A DNA stretch of 64,000 nucleotides, taken from contig CM059432.1 of NCBI GenBank assembly GCA_030390025.1, positions 114,268,001 to 114,332,000 of the forward strand, written 5' to 3'. The translations under genes and the position numbers were made by a program. This document shows positions 1 to 13,110 of the stretch, in pieces (position 1 is the stretch's first letter; every line of letters begins with the position of its first letter). Under the pieces are notes generated by a model, which did not search any database, was not told where the DNA came from, and was given only the letters and a program-made list of their open reading frames with translations. Source of the DNA: Squalus acanthias. Taxonomy: Eukaryota.

Positions 1-372
1 TCAATTTGAAAATGAGTTCTTCAGTCAAAAATGTTTGAAAACCACTGAGTGAGAGTTCAAATTTCTGAAGACTCTGGGTCCACTATAATCTCACACGAGC
101 AGGATGAACGGATTTTCTCATCTCTAAAAGCACCATTGTTACAAACATTCAAAGTTAACAATAACAAAGCACGAGGCAATGATACAAAAGGTTTCTTGTT
201 AAAATTTCTGCTGGCATCTTTGAAAATGGCTCACTAAAAATGACAGGCTTAACAACTTCAAACCTAGCCCAATTACTAAATGCTGTGTACTGCCATTTCA
301 AAAACCTTTATAGAACCAAATAAAACCCCAAGGAGGATTTCAACTAAGAAAGGAAGAACTTGATTTTATATT

Positions 373-1134
373 GGCCCAGAAATTAGGCTCCCTGGCTTCC
401 CGCGGGTGCAAGGATCCCACGCGCACCTACCTACCGCGCCTGCCGTTGACCTCTGGGCCCACGGGGACTTCAGCTCCTGGGCCTCCTGCAGCTTGTGTGC
501 AGTGCTTGTGTATCCCAGGGGCGTAGTTAGTGCGATGCGTCCCCTGGGATCACGTGGGCCATGGAGAGCCAATGGCAGCAGACCATCTTTCATTCACAGA
601 TTTGACAGGAGACCTGTCAAATCTATGAATTGAAATCGGCCCCAAAACAACACCTAAACTTCAAATACATTTTTTAAAAAACCATCACATTTTTAAAATA
701 ACTATAAGTTAAATAAATTAACTACTTTAAACAAAAACTTTAATTTTTGAAAAAATTAAAATACTTTTTAACAGTGCTAAAAATAAACTTACCTTTCTTT
801 AAAGTATCTAAAAAAGATAAACCGGTTGAAAATTTTTTTAAATTGTAATTAATTAACCACTTACCTTGTTAAAAACGGGTCTTGTGCCTCCTTTTTAAAA
901 GCGCAGCTTCTTCCATACTTACCTTCCCGGAGAAACCTGAAAAAAAACCTAAGTTCGCTGCGTGCGCGCAGCCTCTCCCGCGCACGCGGTTCACCTCTGA
1001 ACCCCTCCATGCACGAGACCGGAAGTTCCGGTTTCCCGCGCATGTGCAGTGCATGCAGGAAACCGGCACTTCAGGAGGCCTTACGGGTGAGTACACAGCG
1101 CGTACTCACCCGGCAAGTGCCGAATTTTTGGTCC
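373..1134. mobile_element. PIF/Harbinger-type MITE, family A
   Basis: Imperfect TIRs ggcccagaaatt / aatttttggtcc; 3-bp TSD ATT (370-372, 1135-1137); inverted sister copy at 18086-18808. Confidence 0.8.
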
Positions 1135-1438
1135 ATTGTGTCTTGTCATGCCCCCCAGGAAATTCTAAAGCCCTGTACAGCCAATTGATTATTTTTGAAG
1201 TGCTATCTCTGTTGGTTAGTCGGTAAAATGGAGTAGCCAATTTGTGCACAGCGAGATCTCATAAACAGCAAATGATCAGACTATTAGCTTTTTTTTGGCA
1301 GTGTTGTTTGAGGGGTGAATATTGGCCCGGGCGCTGGGAGAATCCCCTCCTCCTCTTTAAAATTGTGCTGTGGTATCTTTTATGGACAGTTGCATTGGCA
1401 GATAGGATCTCAGTTTAATTTTTCACCTGAAAGACGTT

Positions 1439-4400
1439 GGGGTTTATTTTCAACTTCATCACCTGGGCATTAAGCATCACTTGAGCGGACGTAGAAAGAA
1501 CTATTTGGCAGAGAGGCTCGCATGCTCCTCAGAGAACCTAAAAGGCTTTAAACTAGTAAGACAGGGGAAGGGAGCTACAAGAAATGAAACCAGCCTAAAT
1601 ATAAATGAAACAGGAAAGGAGAGCATAGGAAAGACTAAACTAAGGGAGGACATAGATGGCCAGGGAATAAATAGAACAGGAGTGTAAAAAGATGGTTAAA
1701 AATAAAGTGAGAAGAACTATTAATTAAACTGTCTGTACAGCAATGCACACAGTGTCCGTAATGAAACAGGGGAACTGGAGGCAATAATACGTTGCGAGGA
1801 ACCAGACATAGTAGGGATTACTGAGACATGGCTACAGAAAAATCAGGACTGGGGATTAAACATTGCAGCGTATAACATATTGAGAAAAGATTGAGAGGGA
1901 AAAAGGGGAGGTGGAGTAGCTGTACTTATTAGAGATAACATAATGGCAGTAGAAAAAAGTGATGTATCAGTAAGACAGAAATAGAATCCATGTGGATAGA
2001 GATAAAAGATAATAAAGGATCAATTAAGGGGTAGTCTGCAGACCACCTAATAGGGGAAAGGAGGTGGAGGAAGAATAATGCAAACAAATTAAGGAAGTGA
2101 GTAAAAAACATAGAATAATAATCATGAGGAATTTCAACTGCCCCAAAATTAATTGGCCAGAAGAGGTAGGTAAAGGGGATAAGGGAATGGAGTTCCTACA
2201 ATGTGTACAGGACTCCTTTCTAACCCAATATGTAAGAAGCCCGACAAGGGAGGATTCACTGCTGGATCTAGTAATGGGGAATGAACCAGAGCAGATAAGA
2301 GAAGTAAAAGTAGGGGAACATCTAGGCAATAGTGACCACAATATACTACGCTTTAAGATAATAATTGAGAAGGACATAAATATGACAAGGACCAGGGTAA
2401 TAGATCGGAGAAAAGCCGATTTTGAGGGGCTGAGAATAGAACTTGGGAAAATAAAATGGACAGCAATATTGGCAAACAAAGATGTAGAACAGCAGTGGGA
2501 AACATTTAAAATGATGTTCAAGAGTCCAGGAAAAACATATTCGGCTAAAAAACAAGAACAAGCTAAACACTAATGAGACACCATGAATGAATAAAGACAT
2601 AAGGGAAAAACTGAGGGTAAGGAAAGAGGCATACACTAAGTACATGGATAGCAGAGGAGAGCATGACAAGGGAGAGTACGAAAAGATTAGGAGAGAAGTC
2701 AAAAAAACAATTAGGAAGGCAAAGAGGAACTATGAAATTAAATTATCAAGGAACATAAAACAAAATAGTAAAATATTCCACAGGCAAATAAATAAAAAAA
2801 GGAAAGCCGGGATGGGAATAGGGCCACTAAGGGATGGACAGGATAAAATCACAGGCAGCGATAGCGAAATGGCAGAGATATTAAATAATTACTTTGCTTC
2901 AGTATTTACCAGGGAGACAGATCAGGTGGACATGACATCGGAAGATGAGATTAGAAATGATATAACCGCATTTAAAATAAAGGGAAGTATTAAATAAACT
3001 AATCAAACTCAAAGAGGATAAAATCCCTGGTCCGGATGGATCACATCCATGCATTTTAAAAGAATCTAGGGAAGAGATAGCAGAGGCACTATTACAACAA
3101 CAACAACGTGTATTTATATAGTGCCTTTAAATACAAGTTGTTGTTGTTGTTCTTGTAACAGTGCCTCTTAATTACACATATTTAATAATTTGTTAGAAAA
3201 AGGTGTAGTAATACCTATATTTAAGAAGGGAGATAAAACATGTCCAGGGAACTATAGACCAGTCAGTTTAACATCGGTGGTAGGAAAAATAATGGAATCC
3301 CTAATAAAGGAGAAAATAGAAGAACATCTAGAAACCAAAAATATAATAATGAATAGTCAGCATGGATTTCAAAAGGGAAAGTCTTGCTTGACGAATCTCA
3401 TTGAATTTTTTGAAGAGGTAACAGAATGAGTAGGCAAGGGTAAAGTAGTAGAACTAATTTATCTAGATTTCCAAATAAATAAGATCAGAGAATGTGGAGT
3501 CAGGGGACAAGTAGCAGAATGGATAGCTAGCTGGCTTCAAGATATAAAGTAGAGAGTAGGGGTAAAGGGTAGCTATTCAGAGTGGCAGAAGGTGGAAAGT
3601 AGGGTCAACAAGGATCAGTGTTGGGACCAATGTTGTTCACAATTTATATTAATGATTTAGATTTAGGAATCAAAAACACAATTTCTAAATTTGCAGATGA
3701 CACCAAATTGGTGGGGGCGGGGGATAGTCAATATTGAGGAGGACTGCAACAAATTACAAGAAGACATCAATAAACTTACAGAATGGGCATATAATTGGCA
3801 AATTAATTTCAACACAGATAAATGTGAGGTATTACATTTTGTTAAGAAAAATAAGGAGGTCACATATTACTTGGAAAATAAGAATCTAAATGGGGTAGAA
3901 GAGCAAAGGGATCTCGGAGTACAAATACACAAATCATGGAAGTAGCGATGCAGGTTAATAAGGCCATAAAAAAAGCAAACCAAGCACTAGCGTTTATTTC
4001 TAGAGGGATAGAATTGAAAAGTAGAGAAGTTATGCTAAACTTGTATCGAACCTTGTTTAGATCACACTTGGAGTACTGTGTACAATTCTGGTCGCCATAT
4101 TATAAAAAGGATGTAGAGACACTGGAGGAGGTATAAAAAAGATTTACAAGGACGATACCAGAAATGCGAGGTTATACCTATCAGGAAGGGATGAACAGGC
4201 TGGGTCTCTTTTCTCTTGAAAAGAGAAGGCTGAGGGATGATCTAATAGAGGTCTTTAAAATTATGAAAGGTTTTGATAGAGTGGACACAGAGAGAGTGTT
4301 TCCATTGTGGGAAAGAGCAAAACTAGAGGCCATCAATATAAGATAGTCACCACAGGGAATGGTTGAAGCGAATAATATAGGTGCATTTAAGGGGAGGCTA

Positions 4401-4683
4401 GATAAGCATATGAGGGAGAAGGGAAAAGAGGGTTATGGTGATACAGTTAGATGAGGAAAGACGTGAGGAGTGGAACATAAACACCGGCATGGACTGGTTG
4501 GGCCGAATGGCCTGTTTCTGTGCTGTATATCCTATGTAATGGATTTTCCTTCTATTAATTTCAATGGAAGGAAAATTCAGTGGGTTCTGTTACTGGTGTA
4601 CAGTCATCCCTGTCAAACTTTCCTACCCGCGCTCTACCCAAGTGATGCTTAACACCCAGGTGGTAAAAACAAAAATCTACCCG
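1439..4683. mobile_element. MITE with ~50-bp imperfect TIRs, interrupted by a CR1 LINE
   Basis: Left arm cacctgggcattaagcatcacttg (~1459-1483) matches the reverse complement of caagtgatgcttaacacccaggtg (~4639-4663). No clear TSD. Confidence 0.6.
1497..4538 (+). mobile_element. CR1 LINE, decayed; end of ORF1 plus most of ORF2 (APE endonuclease and RT) and 3' tail
   Basis: Fragments LNCLYSNAHSVRN.., [58 protein letters not shown]; many stops and frameshifts. Confidence 0.93.
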
Positions 4684-4955
4684 AATATCTCTTGACAATG
4701 TCGTACTCCCTCAGTACTGCACTGACGTGCCAGCCTAGGTTATAGGCTCCAGTCTTGTTGCAGGGCTAGAATCTACAATCTTCTAACACAGAGACCAGAA
4801 TTATACCACTGAGCCAAGCTGACCCCAACTATGGAAAATACCAGAAAAAATCTGAATTTAGGAAAATATTCTTAAAAGGAAAGATCTTGCTGAAAATGCA
4901 GTGTACCCAAAATAATAAGTGCTTTACAAGACACCTTACTATGTACAGATACATA

Positions 4956-5821
4956 GGCCGCGATTTTATTAATGGAGGCAGGTTGAGTGCGGGACAGCTG
5001 GTTTCCGGCTTCTAGTCCCGCCCCCAGCTGCATCCGCTCCACAGACGTGATTTTGCCTTGATTGACCTTGTTAAGCCCGCCCTGCGGGCTTGCCGGCCAA
5101 TTAATAGGAAGCGGATCTGATGACGTCATTTGATGACACGTCATTTGCCGGCTTCCTTAAAGGGACCATGCACAATTTTATTTTGACAGTTGATTTCTCA
5201 GTGTTTGACAGCATTGAAGTGCTGAAAACATTGACAATCACTGCACAAAGGTGACATCTTCCACCCAGGCTCTCCAGTGACTCCCTCCATAGGCTGGAAT
5301 AGATGGCAGCTGCAGGTGAGGTGACAGAAGCGATCTGTCACTGGTGAGAGAGGTTCTCCCAATGAGGTGGCACTGGACATGGATTTAAAAACTTGTAAGC
5401 TAAAGAAATCTGTAAATGTATTAAAAATGCAGTACCCAACATTTTCTTTCCTCTGAGATTCACCATGAGCAACATTGGATCCTTTACAACACTTCTGCAG
5501 CTGTCATCAATCCAGAAACATTACAGCAAACTCACAACACGCCACACTTACCTGGCGTGGTGTCCGGACGTCGGGAAACCTGAGCCAGATGTGGCAAAAT
5601 CCAAAAATAGGCTGGCAACTACTGGCAAGTACCTGTTAATAGGCAGGTAATTGCCTTTAATCCACTTCCCGCCGCTAGGTGTCGGGTCCATTCACAAATC
5701 GGGGACCCGACACTTGGGAAAGCTGTTTAGAGGCGGGTTGACGGCGGGTTCGGGACCCGCCGTCAATCAATTGCACTTTAACCTCTGACCCGCCTCTCTG
5801 AGCGCCGACAAAATCGCGGCC
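4956..5821. mobile_element. Harbinger MITE, family B (internally deleted element)
   Basis: Perfect TIR ggccgcgatttt / aaaatcgcggcc; TSD ATA. The subterminal block ttgattgaccttgttaagcc..ggccaattaa is shared with 15162-15949 and 24870-25678, and a related block lies upstream of the Myb gene of the larger elements. Confidence 0.85.
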
Positions 5822-6486
5822 ATACATTGCCATAATGCAAACAGTGATGTGAGAATACCTTTACATTTTTTCAAATAATCAATACAAGTGGCATAGCTCC
5901 TCTGTATTTCTTTACAATAGTGTGGCTGGGATTGGACACTCACTATCTGCAGAATTATAGGCAAGAACCAAAAAGGGAAAAAAATCGATATGCAAAATCG
6001 CAGGCATGAGCCGATATCTACCCCATCATGGTGCAGTGTATTGGACACCCACCATACTGTGTAAATAAACTGCCCCTTTCATTGTTGAAAAAATAACTAA
6101 TTTCAAATTGTTTTCTTCTAAAATTGGAGGATGGACATGTGTGTTTATTAGTAATTAATTTCATGTAGACAGCAGTGAAAATCTATTTACAGACATATTT
6201 CTAAGTCTTCAATAGGCTCACTCTATTGCTCACTCTTCTTTTCAATTTACAAGTGTCAATTGTTTTCTATCATTACCTCGCAGCACAAGTCTGACACCGG
6301 CACTGATGAATTATAAGGATGCTCCTAGACACGTGGGATTAGCTAGTGAGAACCACACCACCCTTCTCAAACATGAAGTGAGACAGACAGATGCTGCTAG
6401 AACCATCAAGCAGATCTACATCCTTAATAATTACCTATCATACGTGCACACAATGGCTGCAAGCAGTTCAGGAATTAATAGATAAT

Positions 6487-7253
6487 GGCCCAGATTTTGC
6501 AGTAGGTACTGACGGCGAACTGTCAGCATTCGCCGTCATTACCCCTCTGAAACTCACCGCACCTTCAGGATTTAGCGCATGAGCATCTAAACGTGGAAAT
6601 CCTGAAGTTGTGGTCAGTCATTCACTGCTCCAACACAGGCTGCGCTGTGCCCCCGCCCGCCACCCCCCGCTAAGCAGGCAATCAGTGTAATCAATTAAAT
6701 CAGTGGAACTGACGAAAACTTGGGTTTTTCTGCACTAATATCGCTGTTAAATATCCCATTAAATGTTAAGCCTTGTTGGAATAGGTGAAACTGGGGTTTT
6801 TAACAGCGTATTGACTGCTAAACAAACATTGTGGCCCTGAAAAACTAATTTTTATATTTGTGGAGTGTCAAATTTCTCCATTATGATAAAAAATACACTT
6901 TTTAAAAAACTTGGAAGTTTGTTCATGGTATTTCAGCTTCTACCTTATCCCCATGTGAAAGTCCCAATCTTTATTTCACTCTCTGTAACATTTTTAAAAA
7001 GTGCGGATAAAAGCTGCTTTTCATTTCCTGGTTTGCTGTCTGTGAGAATTCTTCAATGTGATTGGCTGCTTAGACAGCTTGTTGACGTCAGTGCAGCTCT
7101 TCACTGGGGATTGCCATTATACTGCACTACAATCAATTGCATGTCAAGAAAGGCAAACTTCTTGCCACAGAGATCGCGAGATCTCTGTGGGCAGCTTTCT
7201 TTGAGGTCAGCGGCGAGCGACTTAGCTTCGCCACTGACCGCAAATTACGGGCC
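6487..7253. mobile_element. Harbinger-type MITE, family C
   Basis: TIRs ggcccagattttgc / gcaaattacgggcc; TSD AAT on both sides. Confidence 0.75.
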
Positions 7254-7261
7254 AATCTTTC

Positions 7262-7710
7262 GATCTTGCACTTATAAATACAGTGTATATATCAAAACAT
7301 CACAAAGTGCTTCATTCTTCAAATGGAACAACTGCTATTTAAGTAAACTCTGCACCAGCAATGTTCCACAAACAGCAATGAGTGAATGACTAAATAATTT
7401 GGTTTTCTGATGATATTGGTTGAGTGAGGATTGTTGACTGGCCAAGGAACAACTCTTCCAGTAGTGCCAAATGAACAGTCAGACAGAGTCTTAGCTTAAC
7501 AAGGTAAATTTTACAAATGCATATTCCTGGGCCGAGCTTCATGCATTGGGATCACATGTTGGGAATTTGGGCACGGAGATCAGTGGTCCCCGTGGGATTT
7601 TCCATCCATTAATTGCTCATTTTTAAGAACTACTTTAGTGTCTCACCAGAAGGACGACATTTCTGACAATGCAGCACTCCTTTAGTGCAGCGATAGAATG
7701 TCATCTTACA
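7262..7710 (-). mobile_element. Degenerate Deu-domain SINE
   Basis: ccacaaacagcaatgag..ttggttgag and gacaatgcagcactcc blocks match the SINE at 56630-57097. Confidence 0.6.
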
Positions 7711-7797
7711 TTATACACAGGATTGCAAATATATTTGTGATTCACCATATAAAACAACCTTGTAATATTGCTCAAAACTCGCATCCTTTGAGACATT

Positions 7798-8410
7798 GGG
7801 CTAGATTTTCCTCCGCTAACCCACTCCAAATCGGATGGAATAGCGGCGGAAACAGTGGGGAAATGGGGTGGTGATGCCTACCACAGCTTCCCTGCCTGAC
7901 TTGAACAACCCTCCCCAGTACTGTCTCTCGCCACCCCTTCCTTGCCTGCCACATGTAAATGCAACAGGGGGAAGGGCCTGGCTTCCCAGCCCATTTCCGT
8001 CCCTGGGACCACCTGGTTGAAGATTGTGGTAGGCCTGGGATAACAGTGGTGATGGCCCTGATATTAGCATATGGGGTAGAGAGTCACGAAGAAGCCTCTT
8101 TTCCCTCTATTTTGATGCCTCAAAGCCTCACCTTCTAAGACCTCAATCTCGGCTGAGGCCTCAAAGCGTTCTCCTTTTCCTCCTCACGGGTCTACTGTCC
8201 CTTGAAATTCCCAGCTGCTTCTTCTGGTGCTAGAGCAGTGCTACCACTATAGCATCATTGGAATTTTGCCCTGCTGGGTGTCACAGATCCAGATGAGAGC
8301 CTACCTTGCATGGCTAATGACCCCAACCCAGGAAAATGGGTCAGACCTGCGGCGGGTCAGAGGGTGGGTGGATACTCGGCTACCCTGCCACAAAGAAGAA
8401 ATTCCACCCC
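7798..8410. mobile_element. Harbinger-type MITE
   Basis: Termini gggctagattttc / gaaattccacccc; TSD ATT on both sides. Confidence 0.65.
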
Positions 8411-8934
8411 ATTGAGTCATCAGACTCTTGTTCTTTGAAGTTATTGGTCTTGAAACTGAATGGAAAACTATGACCGAAAACAAATCAGCCACAAAAAACT
8501 CTTGGTTGAGATGTTATTATTTTAAATAAATATATTCTTATTGAATTTAAAACAGTAATCCAGACCGGGTACAAAGTGCAAACTGCACAAGCTTCATTCA
8601 TGTATGTTCTGCTGTTATTGAACCAACTGATGGATTAATGTCTTGAAATTCACTCAGCTATATCCTCTATCTACATTGGTCTATCATTACTATGAGGAAA
8701 TACAATAAATACTTGATTATAGACATTTTATGTTTGGATTGGAGCCTGCAATTTGCTAATGATAAGGCATTAATATTCATACGTTATAATAGTATTAGAA
8801 TTTTATAAGCTCAATGTTTCCGTGATAAGGTGCTTAACAAGCATTTTTTCATCTGTTTACAAATATGCAATGCAATAACTTAAGTTGCATTCAAATGAAT
8901 CATTCCGATACGTATGCATGACATCCTCGATATA

Positions 8935-9062
8935 TAGTTGCAAAGGAAAAATTTGCTGGGCTACGGGGAAAGAACAGGGGAGTGGGACTAATTGGATAGC
9001 TCTTTCAAAGAGCTGGCATGGGCATGATGGGCCAGATGGCCTCCTTCTGTGCTCTATGATCC
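8935..9062 (+). mobile_element. CR1 3'-tail fragment
   Basis: ggctacggggaaagaacagggg..gctctttcaaagagctggca..gggccagatggcctccttctgtgct matches the tails at 19323-19440 and 36254-36350 (reverse). Confidence 0.75.
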
Positions 9063-9558
9063 TTGTGATGAAAATGACACACTGCTCTTCTGACTCTTCT
9101 TCCTCTGCAATCACAGAATGGTTTGCCAAACACTTGTCTTGGACCCACAAAGATTAATCTTTCAGAGATTCTATTCCCATCATGAAGTCTTACTCGATGA
9201 GGGTGCCGACTAGAGAATCAAGCACGATTCTTCAATCTGCACTCCTGTCGAACAAATCTTTGCTCAGTACAATCAAGCTACCTTTTCAGCAGTTTTTATG
9301 ACCAATTTATAAAGGGTGATGTTGCTGTACTGCGGAGCTTCCTCATAGAACAAGCTGCTCTAAAGCGCCACACAAATGTCATCTTGTTGGCTGCCAGTGA
9401 ATATTCAAGCTGAGCAATTCTTGGAACTGAGGTTTTTATGCATTTATTATAGGTTATACTGGAAGTTTTGGAACATTTTCACAAATTAGCAATAGATGTG
9501 AACGTGATCAGATATGCAATGGCCTAACTATGCGACTGATCAAGTCGTGTGCCTGTTG

Positions 9559-9988
9559 GGTCAGCTTGGGTAAATTAGTAGCACTCTCGCCTCTGGATCA
9601 GAAAGTTATGGCTTTCAGCCCCAATCTAGGATATCAGCACATAACCTAAGCTAATACTGCAGTGTAGTATGAGCAGGGGCTGCATTGTCACAGGTGCTGT
9701 CTTTCAGATGACGTGTTAACTGGAGGTCACATTTGCCTGCTTAGGTAGACATAAAAGCTCCCCTGGCACTGTTCAAAGGAAAGTAGGGAGGTTTCCTGGC
9801 TAAAATCCCTCCCTCAACCAACACCACCAAAAACAGATCATTTGGTCATTCATTTCCTGTTTGTGGGACCTTACTGTGTGCAGTTTGGCTGCTGTGTTTG
9901 CCTATATAATAACAGTGAAGTGCAAAGTACTCTGGAACATCCTGAGGATGTCAGAGGTTCTATAAAAATGCAAGTTCTTTCTTTCTTT
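9559..9988 (+). mobile_element. Deu-domain SINE, diverged, near full length
   Basis: tRNA-like head, Deu core (gtctttcagatga..ttaa, tccctcaaccaacaccacc, ctgtttgtgggacctt) and tail tataaaaatgcaagttctttc. Confidence 0.75.
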
Positions 9989-10839
9989 CCTCAATTCACA
10001 AACCTGGCAAAAGGGGCAGGAATGCCCATTTACCTCTCTGCATACAATTCCTAACGCCTTTAGCAGCATTTATACCACATGCTGGATTCTGAGTGCTGTA
10101 TGGTATGGGGAGATCTAAAAGAAATGCGAAACAACCTTAAATGAAGGGACGAAATGTACATGCTTTAATAATGTAATATGCACTCCCATCATTGGCCTCA
10201 CTCTTGCCAGTTTAAGCCTATAAATACTTTCTGATAATCATCTCAATGAGTGCAATGCAGGAATCACTTTATCAACTGTGTTCATCATGCAAGATGCCAT
10301 ACCCTTGCCATGCATCATCCAGTAATTCTCTTGTCTCCTTGTATTTCCTAAGGGTTCAATTAAATGTAACTTGAAATGCTAGCACCCAAATCTGCTACAA
10401 AGATCAATTGCTGCAGTGGAAATTTGTACTCTTTTATCACCTAGGGTTTAGAATTTTGCCAGCCTCATACATCAGCACAAAGCAGCACCCAGAGCTCATA
10501 TTGCTCAGTTATGAATAACTGCGTGCAAAATAATACACAGCTCTGTATGACAGCAAGAACCCTTAGCTTCTATAAATGAAGTAAAAATGAGATCACTCAA
10601 AAGAAAACTAGATAGTTAATTTTCTTAGAAAAATATTCCAGATTATGTTATTGCTTCAGGTCAATTTGCAAACACGAGGTGCTGCAGTGGTACTGCGAGT
10701 TAGTGTGTCAGCTTCTACTGCTGTGTTAAGTTATTGGTTCACACTCTCAATTCCTGTCTTTGTGACTTTCTGCTTTTGGCCATGAGGCCAAGAAGTTCCA
10801 AATGGAAGCTAGGTAATTCCCCACAGGGTGGTACCTCTG

Positions 10840-11130
10840 GCAAGTCATGTTTGACAAATGTAATAGATTTTTTTTGACGGGGTGCCTAATTAGATAGATA
10901 AAAGGAATATAGTAGATGTAGTGCATATGGATTTTCAGAAGGCATTTGATAAGGTGTCTCATATGAGGCTTGTTACAGAAATTCAGGCAGATGGTATAAG
11001 AGAAAGCGTAGCAGCACGAATAGAAAGCTGGTTGATGGACAGGAAGACAATGGTTAGGGTAAATGGATGTTGCTCGGATTGGAGAAAGGTTGTAAGTGGT
11101 ATAACCCACGGTCAATGCTGTGTCCTCCTT
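10840..11130 (+). mobile_element. CR1 RT fragment
   Basis: [34 protein letters not shown]. Confidence 0.85.
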
Positions 11131-12368
11131 GGTTCTCGATTTTATATACAAGTATAAATATATATAAATAATTTTACATTAAAAATGGTGATTGGTGTCA
11201 AGATTCCAACGATACTGTGCTTGTAGGTGGAGCTGTGAATGGAACGATACGTGACTAATGAGTATAATTTGGCATCACCTAACGTTATGTGTATCCCGTT
11301 CAAGAACAAAAAATCATGGGTCAGGGCACCCAAGATATGTGGTTGTGTAAAGAGCAAAGCTTCAAAACAGCAAAACAATCAGGAAGTGCTCACTAAAGCA
11401 TAATGTTATACGATGAAGCTTAGGAAAGTGTATCTTGAAGGTTTAAACTATGTCCTTACATCAACCAGAATTCATTTGCATATAAGGAGTGTCATGGAAT
11501 TAAAACAACCCATGGCAACTTATGTCAGTATAAAAAGCAGAACTTAATTACAAAGACTATTCTCAATAGCAGTCAATGAGCAAGGAAGGCCGACAGAAAA
11601 GGAAGCGCCAGGCAGCAGAAAGAGGAAAGGTAACTTTGCTCGCAAACTTATCAAGCATTTGAGCCCCACATCAATTGCAATGAGAGCACAGAGTGTAAAC
11701 ATTAGGGCAAGGGATAACTAAAGTTCCACCTTTCCTGCAGTCAATTAAATAAAACCACTAAGTTAGCACTAAAAGCGTTGGAGAATGAGGTTGTGCGCAC
11801 CCCCACCCACTCACTGAGCAGACCCTGCACCTCTGCCTCAAAACAGAGATACTAGATGGCTGGTTTACACAGAACACCAACACACAAAGCACCCACCCCC
11901 CACGCCCATAGAGTCTTAAATCCTCGCCTCAACTCCCCAGGAACACATCCACTGAAAATTTCCTAAACATGGCTCTGCTGTAAAGAATTTCCCACTCCCA
12001 CTGCACCTATTGAAACACCTTGGCTGCTAAACCGCTCTTTCAATTGTTTATTCTGCTTGTATTGTTTGTAGCTGAGTTCTGGCACTTGCCATGCCACATG
12101 TGACTCACTCGGTGCTTCCTTTCCTTTCAGTGCATCTTTGCTACATCCCCACTTCTCCCCGGCCCCCTCAGAGGCACATTTCAGCCACTCTCAATCCCCT
12201 CCCACTGAGACACTTCTCAATTAAGACCCCCATGAATTACTTCTTAATCTTGAACCCCTCTGGCTGAGGCAATCCTTAAACACTGCCCCCCCACAGTGAG
12301 GAACTTTTATCCTGCTGAAATACTTTTAGTCCCTCGAACTCCTCAGCTCCACTGAGCCATTTTTCAAG

Positions 12369-13110
12369 CGAGCGTCTAACCACCGCCCCTTGACATTCAA
12401 CGACATTACCATCGCCGAATCTCCCACCATCAATATCCTGGGGGGGTCACCAGTGAACAGAAACTTTACTGGACCAGCCAAATAAATACTGTGGCAACAA
12501 GAGCAGGTCAGAGGCTAGGTATTCTGCAGCGAATGTCTCACCTCCTGACTCCCCAAAGCCGTTCCACCATCTACAAGGCACAAGTCAGGAGTGTGATGGA
12601 ATACTCTCCACTTGCCTGGATGAGTGCAGCTCCAACAACACTCAAGAAGCTTGACACCATCCAGGACAAAGCAGCCCGCTTGATTGGCACCCCATCCATC
12701 ACCTTAAACATTCACTCCCTCCACCACCAGCGTACCGTGGCTTCAGTGTGTACCATCTACAAGGTGCACTGCAGCAACTCGCCAAGGCTTCTTCGGCAGC
12801 ACCTCCCAAACCTGCGACCTCTACCACCTAGAAGGACAAGGGCAGCAGGCGCATGGGAACACCACCACCTCCAAGTTAGCCTCCAAGTCATACACCATCT
12901 GACTTGGAAGTATATCGCCGTTCCTTCATCGTCGCTGGGTCAAAATCCTGGAACTCCCTCCCTAACAGCACTGTGGGAGTACCTTCACCACATGGACTGC
13001 AGCGGTTCAAGAAGGCATCTCACCACCACCTTCTCAAGGGCAACTAAGGATGGGCAATAAATGCTGGCTTTGCCAGCGATGCCCACATCCCATGAATGAA
13101 TAATAAAAAA
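12369..13110 (+). mobile_element. 5'-truncated CR1-clade LINE (second lineage), ORF2 C-terminus and tail
   Basis: ORF 12491-13060 (TIYKAQVRSVMEYSPLAW..LDTIQDKAARLI); tail gggcaataaatgctggc..gcccacatcccatgaatgaat also seen at 28460-28598 and 38090-38150. Confidence 0.85.

Larger units (their letters stand above)
347..4823 (-). mobile_element. Deu-domain tRNA-derived SINE, split into three pieces (347-372, 1135-1438, 4685-4823) by nested insertions
   Basis: The pieces align colinearly with the intact SINE at 56630-57097 (tail agaacttg..ttata, core gccaatttgtgcacagc..., head ccactgagccaagctgac). Confidence 0.7.

Noticed and set aside
9282..9359. Possible minus-strand exon (SSLFYEEAPQYSNITLYKLVIKTAEK)
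   Set aside because: Weak acceptor and donor, unrecognised peptide and no partner exon.
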